A stretch of DNA of 64,000 nt. Source: Escherichia coli (GTDB lineage: Bacteria > Pseudomonadota > Gammaproteobacteria > Enterobacterales > Enterobacteriaceae). Where the stretch lies: assembly GCF_044324875.1 (NCBI RefSeq), contig NZ_CP172185.1; one strand, given 5' to 3'. Within the stretch, counting starts at the first letter, position 1. Every line of letters starts with the position of its first letter. Below the pieces are notes generated by a model, which saw nothing but the letters and a program-made list of their open reading frames with translations, was not told where the DNA came from and did no database searches. Positions 41,722 through 51,890 of this stretch are shown here, in pieces. The position numbers were made by a program, and so were the translations under genes.

Positions 41722-42606
41722 ATGTCATTCAGCCATTCTTCCCTCTCCGCACACGTAAAGTCACATCTGACCTTTCTTCCTGAAGAAATTCGCCAGAAAA
41801 TCCTTGAACATCTTCGCAGCGTCATTCAGTACGAACCCGTTATTGGCATTATGGGTAAATCCGGTGCCGGAAAAAGCAGCCTGTGCAATGCCATTTTTCA
41901 GTCCCGTGTCTGCGCCACGCATCCGCTGAACGGCTGCACCCGTCAGGCTCATCGTCTTACCTTTCAGCCCGGTGAACGAAGAATGACGCTGGTCGATCTG
42001 CCCGGCACTGGCGAAACACCACAGCATGATCAGGAATACCGGGCACTTTACAGTCAGTTACTGCCCGAACTGGATCTGATTATCTGGATCCTGCGGGCTG
42101 ATGAACGTGCGTATGCTGCCGACATCGCCATGCATCAGTTTTTACTGAATGAAGGTGCCGATCCCTCGCGTTTTCTGTTTGTTCTCAGCCATGCCGATCG
42201 CATCCACCCGGCTGAAGAATGGAACAACCAGAGCAGCACGCCATCCCGTCAGCAGGAACTCTCACTGGCGACGGTGACAGCCCGGGTGGCAACCCTGTTC
42301 CCTTCATCATTTCCGGTACTCCCCATAGCCGCTCCTGCCGGCTGGAATCTTCCGGCATTTGTGTCTCTGATGATCCACGCCCTGCCACCACAGGCAACCA
42401 GCGCGGTTTATTCGCATATCCGGAATGAAAAGCGCACTGCGCAGGATCAGCAACACGCACAGCAGGCTTTTGGTGACGCCATCGGCCAGAGTTTTGACGC
42501 TGCCATTGCCCGGTTCAGCTTTCCGGCCTGGATGCTGCAGCTTCTGCGCAAAGCCCGTGATCGCATTATCCGCCTGCTGATCACACTGTGGGATCGCCTG
42601 TTCTGA
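41722..42606 (+). CDS. YeeP/YkfA/YfjP-family GTPase (island-associated)
   Basis: 294 aa; P-loop GIMGKSGAGKSS and DLPGTGE G3 motif. Confidence 0.85.
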   Translation: MSFSHSSLSAHVKSHLTFLPEEIRQKILEHLRSVIQYEPVIGIMGKSGAGKSSLCNAIFQSRVCATHPLNGCTRQAHRLTFQPGERRMTLVDLPGTGETPQHDQEYRALYSQLLPELDLIIWILRADERAYAADIAMHQFLLNEGADPSRFLFVLSHADRIHPAEEWNNQSSTPSRQQELSLATVTARVATLFPSSFPVLPIAAPAGWNLPAFVSLMIHALPPQATSAVYSHIRNEKRTAQDQQHAQQAFGDAIGQSFDAAIARFSFPAWMLQLLRKARDRIIRLLITLWDRLF

Positions 42607-42791
42607 ATGTCCCCGCTTTTTGACCGGCCCCGGCGATAACCAGGAAACGCATTTCCGGTTGCGTCACCACAATGCTGAAGGGCTTCGGTAAACCCTCATT
42701 CATTTCATCCATCAGGCCGCGTCTTCTCCGTGAGACGCGGCTTTTTCATTGATTACGTCATTCAGTCTTAACCACTGATAAGGAGCAAAGT

Positions 42792-43610
42792 ATGCGATTA
42801 GCCAGTCGTTTTGGTTATGCGAACCAGATACGCCGTGACCGTCCGCTGACCCGTGAAGAGCTGATGCACCATGTGCCCGGGATTTTCGGGGAAGATAAAC
42901 ACACCTCCCGGAGCCGGAACTATACATACATCCCCACCATCACCGTGCTGGAAAGCCTGCAGCGGGAAGGCTTTCAGCCATTCTTCGCCTGCCAGACCCG
43001 CGTACGTGACCCGGGTCGCCGGGGGTATACCAAACACATGCTGCGTCTGCGCCGTGACGGGGAGATAAACGGACAACATGTCCCTGAAATTATTCTGCTC
43101 AACTCTCATGACGGTACCTCCAGCTACCAGATGCTGCCGGGTTACTTCAGGTTCGTCTGCCAGAACGGATGCGTCTGCGGTCAGTCTCGGGGGGAAGTGC
43201 GTGTTCCGCACCGGGGAAATGTGGTGGACAGAGTCATTGAAGGGGCTTACGAGGTGGTGGGCGTGTTTGACCGGATAGAGGAGAAGCGTGATGCCATGCA
43301 GTCGCTGGTCCTGCCGCCACCGGCACGCCAGGCGCTGGCACAGGCGGCACTGACTTACCGTTATGGTGACGAACATCAGCCCGTCACCACCGCCGACATT
43401 CTGACACCACGACGCCGGGAGGATTACGGTAAGGACCTGTGGAGTGCTTATCAGACCATCCAGGAGAATATGCTGAAAGGCGGGATTTCCGGTCGCAGTG
43501 CAAAAGGAAAACGTATCCATACCCGGGCCATTCACAGCATTGATACCGATATAAAACTCAACCGCGCATTGTGGGTGATGGCAGAAACGCTGCTGGAGAG
43601 CATGCGCTGA
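42792..43610 (+). CDS. DUF932-family protein (YfjQ/YafZ-like)
   Basis: 272 aa; AGGAGC Shine-Dalgarno; sits at the position this family holds in CP4-type elements. Confidence 0.75.
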   Translation: MRLASRFGYANQIRRDRPLTREELMHHVPGIFGEDKHTSRSRNYTYIPTITVLESLQREGFQPFFACQTRVRDPGRRGYTKHMLRLRRDGEINGQHVPEIILLNSHDGTSSYQMLPGYFRFVCQNGCVCGQSRGEVRVPHRGNVVDRVIEGAYEVVGVFDRIEEKRDAMQSLVLPPPARQALAQAALTYRYGDEHQPVTTADILTPRRREDYGKDLWSAYQTIQENMLKGGISGRSAKGKRIHTRAIHSIDTDIKLNRALWVMAETLLESMR

Positions 43611-43691
43611 TGCCGTTTCCCTGAGTGAGGGAATCATTCAGCTTTCGTTCCTGAAAAACACACATTTATTTGTTATTTAAGGCGTTATCTC

Positions 43692-44171
43692 ATGAAAACC
43701 GTTTCTCAGAATACCCCCACAATTTATTCAGCTACAACACCAGAGAATAATCCGCCTCAGTTGGTTGCCAGCCTCGTCCCTGATGAACAGCGCATCAGCT
43801 TCTGGCCGCAGCATTTTGGCCTCATTCCACAGTGGGTGACCCTGGAGCCCCGTGTCTTCGGCTGGATGGACCGTCTGTGCGAAGACTACTGCGGTGGTAT
43901 CTGGAATCTGTACACCCTGAACAACGGCGGGGCATTTATGGCCCCCGAACCGGATGATGATGATGACGAAACATGGGTACTGTTCAATGCCATGAACGGT
44001 AACCGCGCTGAAATGAGCCCGGAAGCCGCCGGCATTGCCGCCTGTCTGATGACGTACAGTCATCACGCCTGCCGTACGGAGTGTTATGCCATGACGGTTC
44101 ATTATTACCGTCTGCGGGATTACGCCCTGCAGCATCCGGAATGCAGCGCCATTATGCGCATCATTGACTGA
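43692..44171 (+). CDS. Antirestriction protein, ArdB/KlcA family (YfjX/YkfF-like)
   Basis: 159 aa, ...FWPQHFGLIPQWVTLEPRVFGWMDRLCEDYCGGIWNLYTLNNGGAFMAP... Confidence 0.75.
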   Translation: MKTVSQNTPTIYSATTPENNPPQLVASLVPDEQRISFWPQHFGLIPQWVTLEPRVFGWMDRLCEDYCGGIWNLYTLNNGGAFMAPEPDDDDDETWVLFNAMNGNRAEMSPEAAGIAACLMTYSHHACRTECYAMTVHYYRLRDYALQHPECSAIMRIID

Positions 44172-44186
44172 AAGGGGGCCGGAACA

Positions 44187-44663
44187 ATGCAACAGATTTC
44201 CTTTCTGCCCGGAGAAATGACAACCAGAGAGCGCAGCCTCATTCAGCGGGCCCTGAAAGCCCTGGACCGCCATCTTCATGAACCCGGCGTGGCCTTCACC
44301 TCCACGCATGCGGCACGGGAATGGCTGATTCTGAACATGGCGGGACTGGAGCGTGAAGAATTCCGGGTGCTGTATCTGAATAACCAGAATCAGCTGATTG
44401 CCGGTGAAACCCTCTTCACCGGCACCATCAACCGCACGGAAGTCCATCCCCGGGAAGTGATTAAACGCGCCCTGTACCACAATGCCGCTGCCGTGGTGCT
44501 GGCGCACAATCACCCGTCCGGTGAAGTCACACCCAGCAAGGCAGACCGCCTTATCACGGAACGTCTGGTACAGGCGCTGGCCCTGGTGGATATCCGGGTG
44601 CCGGACCATCTGATAGTCGGTGGCAGCCAGGTTTTCTCCTTTGCCGAACATGGTCTGCTTTAA
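44187..44663 (+). CDS. RadC-like JAB-domain protein (YeeS/YfjY/YkfG family)
   Basis: 158 aa; JAMM motif HNHPSGEVTPSKAD. Confidence 0.85.
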   Translation: MQQISFLPGEMTTRERSLIQRALKALDRHLHEPGVAFTSTHAAREWLILNMAGLEREEFRVLYLNNQNQLIAGETLFTGTINRTEVHPREVIKRALYHNAAAVVLAHNHPSGEVTPSKADRLITERLVQALALVDIRVPDHLIVGGSQVFSFAEHGLL

Positions 44664-44725
44664 CCCGTCACAACCACATCACACCTGTTTTCACTTTTAT
44701 CTTCTGTCTTCAGAGGTATCCCATT

Positions 44726-44947
44726 ATGAAAATCATCACCCGTGGTGAAGCCATGCGTATTCACCAACAGCATCCTGCATCCCGTCTTTTTCCGTTCTGT
44801 ACCGGCAAATACCGCTGGCACGGCAGCACTGAAACGTATACCGGTCGTGAAGTGCAGGATATTCCCGGTGTGCTGGCTGTGTTTGCAGAACGTCGTAAGG
44901 ACAGTTTTGGCCCGTATGTCCGGCTGATGAGCGTCACCCTGAACTGA
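44726..44947 (+). CDS. DUF987-family small protein (YeeT-like)
   Basis: 73-aa ORF in the position YeeT holds between the RadC-like gene and the cbeA/cbtA pair. Confidence 0.65.
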   Translation: MKIITRGEAMRIHQQHPASRLFPFCTGKYRWHGSTETYTGREVQDIPGVLAVFAERRKDSFGPYVRLMSVTLN

Positions 44948-44961
44948 GTCAGGGCATTCTG

Positions 44962-45594
44962 ATGAGCAGAATTATCACCATCACAGTGTATACGCTGGAT
45001 GAACTTTCCTGCCCGGCACGGGAAAAAGCCCGCGACGGGTACCGTCAGCATCATGCTGACAGCAACTGGTATGAAAACGTGTATGAGGACGTCAGGGAGG
45101 TCTGTGGCATTTTCGGAATTGACCTCTGCCAGCGTGTTATCCGTCTCAGCAACGGCAGGTTTATGGAAGAGCCGTGCATCTGGTTCAGCGGATTCTGCAG
45201 CCAGGGACGGAGCCTGTTTTGAAGGACGCTGGCACTGGCAGTCAGCAACAACCAGGAGAGTCCGGGAGTATGCCCCGCAGAACCGTGAGCTTCATCGTAT
45301 CGCGGATGCCCTGCAGGCGGTGCAGAAACGTAACTTCTGGCAACTGCAGGCTGAAATCCACCACCGGGGACGTTACTGCCATCCGTTATCACTGTTACCC
45401 GGAACAGTCCGACTGGTCAGGCTATGACAGCCGATGCGGAAGCCGCTGTCAGCGAAGCCCTGCGCGACCTGGCCTTCTGGCTGTACCGTCAACTGGAAAA
45501 CGAGTACGACCAGATGACCTCAGACGCCGCTGTGGATGAGGCCATTCTCATCAATGCATACATCTTCACCGAAACCGGTCAGCGCACCGGCTGA
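44962..45594 (+). pseudogene. Unknown-function island gene split by two frameshifts
   Basis: 44962-45222 and 45424-45594 share a frame; the middle part (to 45427) is in the +1 frame. Confidence 0.4.
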
Positions 45595-45643
45595 CCTGTC
45601 ATCGTTAAACCATTCTTAACCACTTTTCAGAGAGGATTTTATC

Positions 45644-46012
45644 GTGTCAGACACACTCTCCGGGATAACTCATCCCGACGACAATCACGACCGCCCCTGG
45701 TGGGGGCTTCCCTGCACAGTGAGGCCCTGTTTTGGCGCCCGTCTGGTGCAGGAGGGTAACCGCCTGCATTACCTTGCCGACCGCGCCGGCATCAGAGGCC
45801 GGTTCAGCGATGCGGATGCATACCATCTGGACCAGGCCTTTCCGCTGCTGATGAAACAACTGGAACTCATGCTCACCAGCGGTGAACTGAATCCCCGCCA
45901 TCAGCATACCGTGACACTGTATGCGAAGGGGCTGACCTGCGAAGCCGACACCCTCGGCAGTTGTGGTTACGTTTATCTGGCTGTTTATCCGACGCCCGAA
46001 ACGAAAAAGTAA
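45644..46012 (+). CDS. cbeA: CbeA/YeeU-family antitoxin (type IV toxin-antitoxin)
   Basis: 122 aa, MSDTLSGITHPDDNHDRPWWGLPCTVRPCFGARLVQEGNRLHYLADRAGIRG... Confidence 0.85.
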   Translation: MSDTLSGITHPDDNHDRPWWGLPCTVRPCFGARLVQEGNRLHYLADRAGIRGRFSDADAYHLDQAFPLLMKQLELMLTSGELNPRHQHTVTLYAKGLTCEADTLGSCGYVYLAVYPTPETKK

Positions 46013-46102
46013 ACCACCGGAATAACCTTCTGCTCCGGCCAGGTGTTTTCACCACGCCACTCTCCCCATAATTTAATCTCTCATATCAGGAAAATCTTCA
46101 GT

Positions 46103-46513
46103 ATGAAATTATTACCCGACACACATGTACGGGAGGCATCGTGCTGCCCGTCTCCCGTCACCATCTGGCAGACACTGCTCATCCGTCTGCTGGACCAGCA
46201 CTATGGCCTCACACTGAATGACACACCGTTCGCTGATGAACGTGTGATTGAGCAGCATATTGAGGCCGGCATTTCACTGTGCGATGCGGTGAACTTTCTC
46301 GTTGAAAAATACGCACTGGTACGTACCGACCAGCCGGGATTCAGCGCAGGAGCCCCGTCGCAGTTAATCAACAGCATCGATATTCTCCGGGCCCGCCGGG
46401 CAACAGGCCTGATGACACGTAATAACTACAGAATGGTAAATAACATTACCCTGGGTAGCATCCGGGGGCGAAACGATGAAACTTTCCCTGACGCTGGAAG
46501 CCGACAGCATTAA
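46103..46513 (+). CDS. cbtA: CbtA/YeeV-family toxin
   Basis: From ATG 46103: [56 protein letters not shown]...; track ORF starts upstream at 46043. Confidence 0.85.
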   Translation: MKLLPDTHVREASCCPSPVTIWQTLLIRLLDQHYGLTLNDTPFADERVIEQHIEAGISLCDAVNFLVEKYALVRTDQPGFSAGAPSQLINSIDILRARRATGLMTRNNYRMVNNITLGSIRGRNDETFPDAGSRQH

Positions 46514-46898
46514 CGTGCAGGCACTGAACATGGGGCGCATTGTCGTTGACATTGATGGTGTAAATCTCGCTGAACTGATTAACAAGGTCGCTGAATACGG
46601 TTATTCACTCCGCGTGGTGGATGAACGTGACGCTACCGAAACACCGGCGACTTCTGCCAGCTCTCATCAGTTGCCGGAAGACAATACAGTGATACAGAGC
46701 GTGATGCCATTAACCACTGAAACAGCGCTGGATATCCTCATTGCGTGGCTGCAGGACAATATCGACTGCGGGTCCGGAATTATTTTCGACAACGATGAGG
46801 ATAAAACGGATTCGGCAGCACTGCTGCCCTGTATTGAACAGGCCAGGGAGGATATCCGTACCCTGCACCAACTGCAACTTCTGCACCAGAACCGGTGA
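46476..46898 (+). CDS. YeeW-like protein
   Basis: 140-aa ORF overlapping the cbtA 3' end, in the position of yeeW homologues. Confidence 0.55.
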   Translation: MKLSLTLEADSINVQALNMGRIVVDIDGVNLAELINKVAEYGYSLRVVDERDATETPATSASSHQLPEDNTVIQSVMPLTTETALDILIAWLQDNIDCGSGIIFDNDEDKTDSAALLPCIEQAREDIRTLHQLQLLHQNR

Positions 46899-46982
46899 AT
46901 CTCACTCACCAGACTTCATTCTCCTGACGCCAGCCTGAACAGAGCTGGCGTTTTCGTTTATAAACAGAAAGGAAACCCCATA

Positions 46983-47768
46983 ATGTCATATATCACAATC
47001 CCCCACCCGAACGCGGTCAACGGACATACAGCCGTTATCTGTTCCACAAGTATCAGACACATCCTGGCTGTACGAAAGAGTACACTGCTGCAAATCGACA
47101 CGCTTATCCGGCAACTGACAGAAATCTCAGCACTGACGGAAAGTATTGGCGGTAAAGCCGCCCCGGACTGGGCCATGAAACAGGATTTTCGCTGTGGCTG
47201 CTGGCTGAAGGAGAAACAGGAAACCGCAATGAAAGCCATTACCCGGAATCTTGACCGCGAAATCTGGCGTAACCTGATGCAGCGTTCCGGGATGCTTTCC
47301 TTAATGGATGCACAGGCACGTGATACATGGTACAGGTCACTGGAATATGATAATTTTCCGGAAATCAGTGAAGCGAACATTCTGAGCACATTTGAACAAC
47401 TGCACCAGAATAAGGATGAAGTGTTTGAGCGGGGGGTGATCAACCTCTTCAAAGGGCTGAGCTGGGATTACAAAACCAACTCACCCTGTAAATTTGGCAG
47501 TAAAATTATCGTCAACAATCTGGTGAGGTGGGACCAGTGGGGATTTCATCTTATCAGTGGAATGCAGGCAGATCGCCTGGCTGACCTGGAAAGAATGTTG
47601 CATCTGCTCAGCGGTAAACCGATCCCCGACAACCGGGGAATATCACCATTAATCTGGATGACCACATACAGTCCGTTCAGGGTAAAGGACGCTATGAAGA
47701 TGAGATGTTCATCATTAAATACTTTAAGAAGGGAGCTGCACACATCACTTTCAAAAGGCTGGAGCTGA
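46983..47768 (+). CDS. DUF4942-family protein
   Basis: 261 aa, MSYITIPHPNAVNGHTAVICSTSIRHILAVRKSTLL...; last gene before the island boundary. Confidence 0.65.
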   Translation: MSYITIPHPNAVNGHTAVICSTSIRHILAVRKSTLLQIDTLIRQLTEISALTESIGGKAAPDWAMKQDFRCGCWLKEKQETAMKAITRNLDREIWRNLMQRSGMLSLMDAQARDTWYRSLEYDNFPEISEANILSTFEQLHQNKDEVFERGVINLFKGLSWDYKTNSPCKFGSKIIVNNLVRWDQWGFHLISGMQADRLADLERMLHLLSGKPIPDNRGISPLIWMTTYSPFRVKDAMKMRCSSLNTLRRELHTSLSKGWS

Positions 47769-47935
47769 TTGACAGAATTAACGATATAATAGCCAGGCAC
47801 TTTCCTTCTGTGCTCTCAGCCTGACCCCGAGTTTGATTCCCTTTCGATATCAAAAGGGACTGCGGGTACAAAAGAGGGTACATCTTTCACCAAACCAAAC
47901 AAAATAAACCAATATCAACACGATAGAAGCATTCT

Positions 47936-47956
47936 TCGATTCCGAGTCCGGCACCA
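47936..47956 (+). repeat. 21-bp copy of a tRNA-Phe 3' end: island att direct repeat (distal boundary)
   Basis: TCGATTCCGAGTCCGGCACCA matches the pheU/pheV acceptor/T-arm end TTCGATTCCGAGTCCGGGCACCA with one G missing; no upstream tRNA body. Confidence 0.6.
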
Positions 47957-47965
47957 AATTCATAT

Positions 47966-47996
47966 AAACGGACCTCCACGGAGGTCCGTTTTTCGT
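47966..47996 (+). terminator. Rho-independent terminator hairpin after the tRNA-Phe fragment
   Basis: aaacggacctcc-acg-gaggtccgttttt. Confidence 0.55.
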
Positions 47997-48572
47997 TTCA
48001 GGACGCCACAATTTAAGCGTTCTGCCTAAAAATCATTTCTACCGAACTCAACCAGATTCTCCCCACATCACCAGCAATTTGCGGGCATATCCCAATTCGG
48101 GGAAATGTGTTCCTGAGCTATAGCACTGACTGACGTGAAATGTCGTGCGGCCCCGTGATGCTGTTGAACGTCAAATGACGTCATCAGGAGCGTAACGCAT
48201 CCATAAAGCACAACATCGGGCAGAACGCCGACTGATGAGATTTTCTGAATGAGAACAAAGAGAAATGTATCAGTCCGCTTGCTCATGCAAAGACTAACAA
48301 TCCATAAAAATAGTAAGCGCTCCGGGCAATTTTCCATGGATTATTTTCTGAACATTTTTCTTTGGCAAAGATGATGAATTTTGATGGTAAGGAATATTAC
48401 TTCTGGTTCTCAGTAAAATCCTTTCGTAATACTATGTGATCAAGAAGTTTATGGCTGGTAAAAATAACGTCTTGCATTCACCAATAATATGTAAATAAAC
48501 CCATCTATAGATGGTAAAAATAGGTTGTGGCAATTATCATTGCATCATTCCCTTTTCGAATGAGTTTCTATT

Positions 48573-50111
48573 ATGCAACAACCTGTAGTTCGCGTTGGCG
48601 AATGGCTTGTTACTCCGTCCATAAACCAAATTAGCCGCAATGGGCGTCAACTTACCCTTGAGCCGAGATTAATCGATCTTCTGGTTTTCTTTGCTCAACA
48701 CAGTGGCGAAGTACTTAGCAGGGATGAACTTATCGATAATGTCTGGAAGAGAAGTATTGTCACCAATCACGTTGTGACGCAGAGTATCTCAGAACTACGT
48801 AAGTCATTAAAAGATAATGATGAAGATAGTCCTGTCTATATCGCTACTGTACCAAAGCGCGGCTATAAATTAATGGTGCCGGTTATCTGGTACAGCGAAG
48901 AAGAGGGAGAGGAAATAATGCTATCTTCGCCTCCCCCTATACCAGAGGCGGTTCCTGACACAGATTCTCCCTCCCACAGTCTTAACATTCAAAACACCGC
49001 AACACCACCTGAACAATCCCCTGTTAAAAGCAAACGATTCACTACCTTTTGGGTATGGTTTTTTTTCCTGTTGTCGTTAGGTATCTGTGTAGCACTGGTA
49101 GCGTTTTCAAGTCTTGATACACGTCTTCCGATGAGCAAATCGCGTATTTTGCTCAATCCACGCGATATTGACATTAATATGGTAAATAAAAGTTGTAACA
49201 GCTGGAGTTCCCCGTATCAGCTCTCTTACGCGATAGGCGTGGGTGATTTGGTGGCGACATCACTTAACACCTTCTCCACCTTTATGGTGCATGACAAAAT
49301 CAACTACAACATTGATGAACCGAGCAGTTCCGGTAAAACATTATCTATTGCGTTTGTTAATCAGCGCCAATACCGTGCTCAACAATGCTTTATGTCGGTA
49401 AAATTGGTAGACAATGCAGATGGTTCAACCATGCTGGATAAACGTTATGTCATCACTAACGGTAATCAGCTGGCGATTCAAAATGATTTACTCCAGAGTT
49501 TATCAAAAGCGTTAAACCAACCGTGGCCACAACGAATGCAGGAGATGCTCCAGCAAATTTTGCCTCATCGTGGTGCGTTATTAACTAATTTTTATCAGGC
49601 TCATGATTATTTACTGCATGGCGATGATAAATCATTGAACCGTGCCAGTGAATTACTAGGTGAGATTGTTCAATCATCCCCCGAATTTACCTACGCGAGA
49701 GCAGAAAAAGCATTAGTTGATATCGTGCGCCATTCTCAACATCCTTTGGATGAAAAACAATTAGCAGCACTGAACACAGAAATAAATAACATTGTTACAC
49801 TACCGGAATTGAATAACCTGTCCATTATATATCAAATAAAAGCGGTCAGTGCTCTGGTAAAAGGTAAAACAGATGAGTCTTACCAGGCGATAAATACTGG
49901 CATTGATCTTGAAATGTCCTGGCTAAATTATGTGTTGCTTGGCAAGGTTTATGAAATGAAGGGGATGAACCGGGAAGCAGCTGATGCATATCTCACCGCC
50001 TTTAATTTACGCCCAGGGGCAAACACCCTTTACTGGATTGAAAATGGTATATTCCAGACTTCTGTTCCTTATGTTGTACCTTATCTCGACAAATTTCTCG
50101 CTTCAGAATAA
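48573..50111 (+). CDS. cadC: Membrane-integrated transcriptional activator CadC
   Basis: 512 aa, MQQPVVRVGEWLVTPSINQISRNGRQLTLEPRLIDLLVFF...; winged-helix N-terminus, single transmembrane segment. Confidence 0.95.
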   Translation: MQQPVVRVGEWLVTPSINQISRNGRQLTLEPRLIDLLVFFAQHSGEVLSRDELIDNVWKRSIVTNHVVTQSISELRKSLKDNDEDSPVYIATVPKRGYKLMVPVIWYSEEEGEEIMLSSPPPIPEAVPDTDSPSHSLNIQNTATPPEQSPVKSKRFTTFWVWFFFLLSLGICVALVAFSSLDTRLPMSKSRILLNPRDIDINMVNKSCNSWSSPYQLSYAIGVGDLVATSLNTFSTFMVHDKINYNIDEPSSSGKTLSIAFVNQRQYRAQQCFMSVKLVDNADGSTMLDKRYVITNGNQLAIQNDLLQSLSKALNQPWPQRMQEMLQQILPHRGALLTNFYQAHDYLLHGDDKSLNRASELLGEIVQSSPEFTYARAEKALVDIVRHSQHPLDEKQLAALNTEINNIVTLPELNNLSIIYQIKAVSALVKGKTDESYQAINTGIDLEMSWLNYVLLGKVYEMKGMNREAADAYLTAFNLRPGANTLYWIENGIFQTSVPYVVPYLDKFLASE

Positions 50112-50476
50112 GTAACTCCCGGGTTGATTTATGCTCGGGAATATTTGTTGTTGAGTTTTTGTATGTTCCTGTTGGTATAATATGTTGCGGCAATTTATTT
50201 GCCGCATAATTTTTATCACATAAATTTAACCAGGAAATATCCCGCAATCCATTGTAAACATTGAATGTTTATCTTTTCATGATATCAACTTGCGATCCTG
50301 ATGTGTTAATAAAAAACCTCAAGTTCTCACTTACAGAAACTTTTGTGTTATTTCACCTAATCTTTAGGATTAATCCTTTTTTCGTGAGTATTCTTAGCGC
50401 CAGTTTGGTCTGGTCAGGAAATAGTTATACATCATGACCCGGACTCCAAATTCAAAAATGAAATTAGGAGAAGAGC
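50112..50476 (+). promoter_or_regulatory. cadBA promoter region (Pcad) containing the CadC binding sites
   Basis: Intergenic region between cadC and cadB; assigned from established knowledge of the cad locus, individual sites not mapped. Confidence 0.5.
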
Positions 50477-51811
50477 ATGAGTTCTGCCAAGAAGATCGGG
50501 CTATTTGCCTGTACCGGTGTTGTTGCCGGTAATATGATGGGGAGCGGTATTGCATTATTACCTGCGAACCTAGCAAGTATCGGTGGTATTGCTATCTGGG
50601 GTTGGATTATCTCTATTATTGGTGCAATGTCGCTGGCGTATGTATATGCCCGACTGGCAACAAAAAACCCGCAACAAGGTGGCCCAATTGCTTATGCCGG
50701 AGAAATTTCCCCTGCATTTGGTTTTCAGACAGGTGTTCTTTATTACCATGCTAACTGGATTGGTAACCTGGCGATTGGTATTACCGCTGTATCTTATCTT
50801 TCCACCTTCTTCCCAGTATTAAATGATCCTGTTCCGGCGGGTATCGCCTGTATTGCTATCGTCTGGGTATTTACCTTTGTAAATATGCTCGGCGGTACCT
50901 GGGTAAGCCGTTTAACCACTATTGGTCTGGTGCTGGTTCTTATTCCTGTGGTAATGACTGCTATTGTTGGCTGGCATTGGTTTGATGCTGCGACTTATGC
51001 TGCTAACTGGAATACTGCGGATACCACCGATGGTCATGCGATCATTAAAAGTATTCTGCTCTGCCTGTGGGCCTTCGTGGGTGTTGAATCCGCAGCTGTA
51101 AGTACTGGTATGGTTAAAAACCCGAAACGTACCGTTCCGCTGGCAACCATGCTGGGTACTGGTTTAGCAGGTATTGTTTATATCGCTGCGACTCAGGTGC
51201 TTTCCGGTATGTATCCGTCTTCTGTAATGGCAGCTTCCGGTGCTCCGTTTGCAATCAGTGCTTCAACTATCCTCGGTAATTGGGCTGCGCCGCTGGTTTC
51301 TGCATTCACCGCCTTTGCGTGCCTGACCTCTCTGGGCTCCTGGATGATGTTGGTAGGCCAGGCAGGTGTACGTGCCGCTAACGACGGTAACTTCCCGAAA
51401 GTTTATGGTGAAGTCGACAGCAACGGTATTCCGAAAAAAGGTCTGCTGCTGGCTGCAGTGAAAATGACTGCCCTGATGATCCTCATCACTCTGATGAACT
51501 CTGCCGGTGGTAAAGCATCTGACCTGTTCGGTGAACTGACCGGTATCGCAGTACTGCTGACTATGCTGCCGTACTTCTACTCTTGCGTTGACCTGATTCG
51601 TTTTGAAGGCGTTAACATCCGCAACTTTGTCAGCCTGATCTGCTCTGTACTGGGTTGCGTGTTCTGCTTCATCGCGCTGATGGGCGCAAGCTCCTTCGAG
51701 CTGGCAGGTACCTTCATCGTCAGCCTGATTATCCTGATGTTCTACGCTCGCAAAATGCACGAGCGCCAGAGCCACTCAATGGATAACCACACAGCGTCTA
51801 ACGCACATTAA
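50477..51811 (+). CDS. cadB: Lysine/cadaverine antiporter
   Basis: 444-aa APC-family transporter, MSSAKKIGLFACTGVVAGNMMGSGIALLP... Confidence 0.95.
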   Translation: MSSAKKIGLFACTGVVAGNMMGSGIALLPANLASIGGIAIWGWIISIIGAMSLAYVYARLATKNPQQGGPIAYAGEISPAFGFQTGVLYYHANWIGNLAIGITAVSYLSTFFPVLNDPVPAGIACIAIVWVFTFVNMLGGTWVSRLTTIGLVLVLIPVVMTAIVGWHWFDAATYAANWNTADTTDGHAIIKSILLCLWAFVGVESAAVSTGMVKNPKRTVPLATMLGTGLAGIVYIAATQVLSGMYPSSVMAASGAPFAISASTILGNWAAPLVSAFTAFACLTSLGSWMMLVGQAGVRAANDGNFPKVYGEVDSNGIPKKGLLLAAVKMTALMILITLMNSAGGKASDLFGELTGIAVLLTMLPYFYSCVDLIRFEGVNIRNFVSLICSVLGCVFCFIALMGASSFELAGTFIVSLIILMFYARKMHERQSHSMDNHTASNAH

Positions 51812-51890
51812 TTAAAAGTATTTTCCGAGGCTCCTCCTTTCATTTTGTCCCATGTGTTGGGAGGGGCCTTTTTTACCTGGAGATATGACT

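Noticed and set aside
42798-44651. Two long minus-strand ORFs (279 and 307 aa)
   Set aside because: Antisense to the DUF932, antirestriction and RadC-like genes; Gly/His/Arg-rich artefactual translations.
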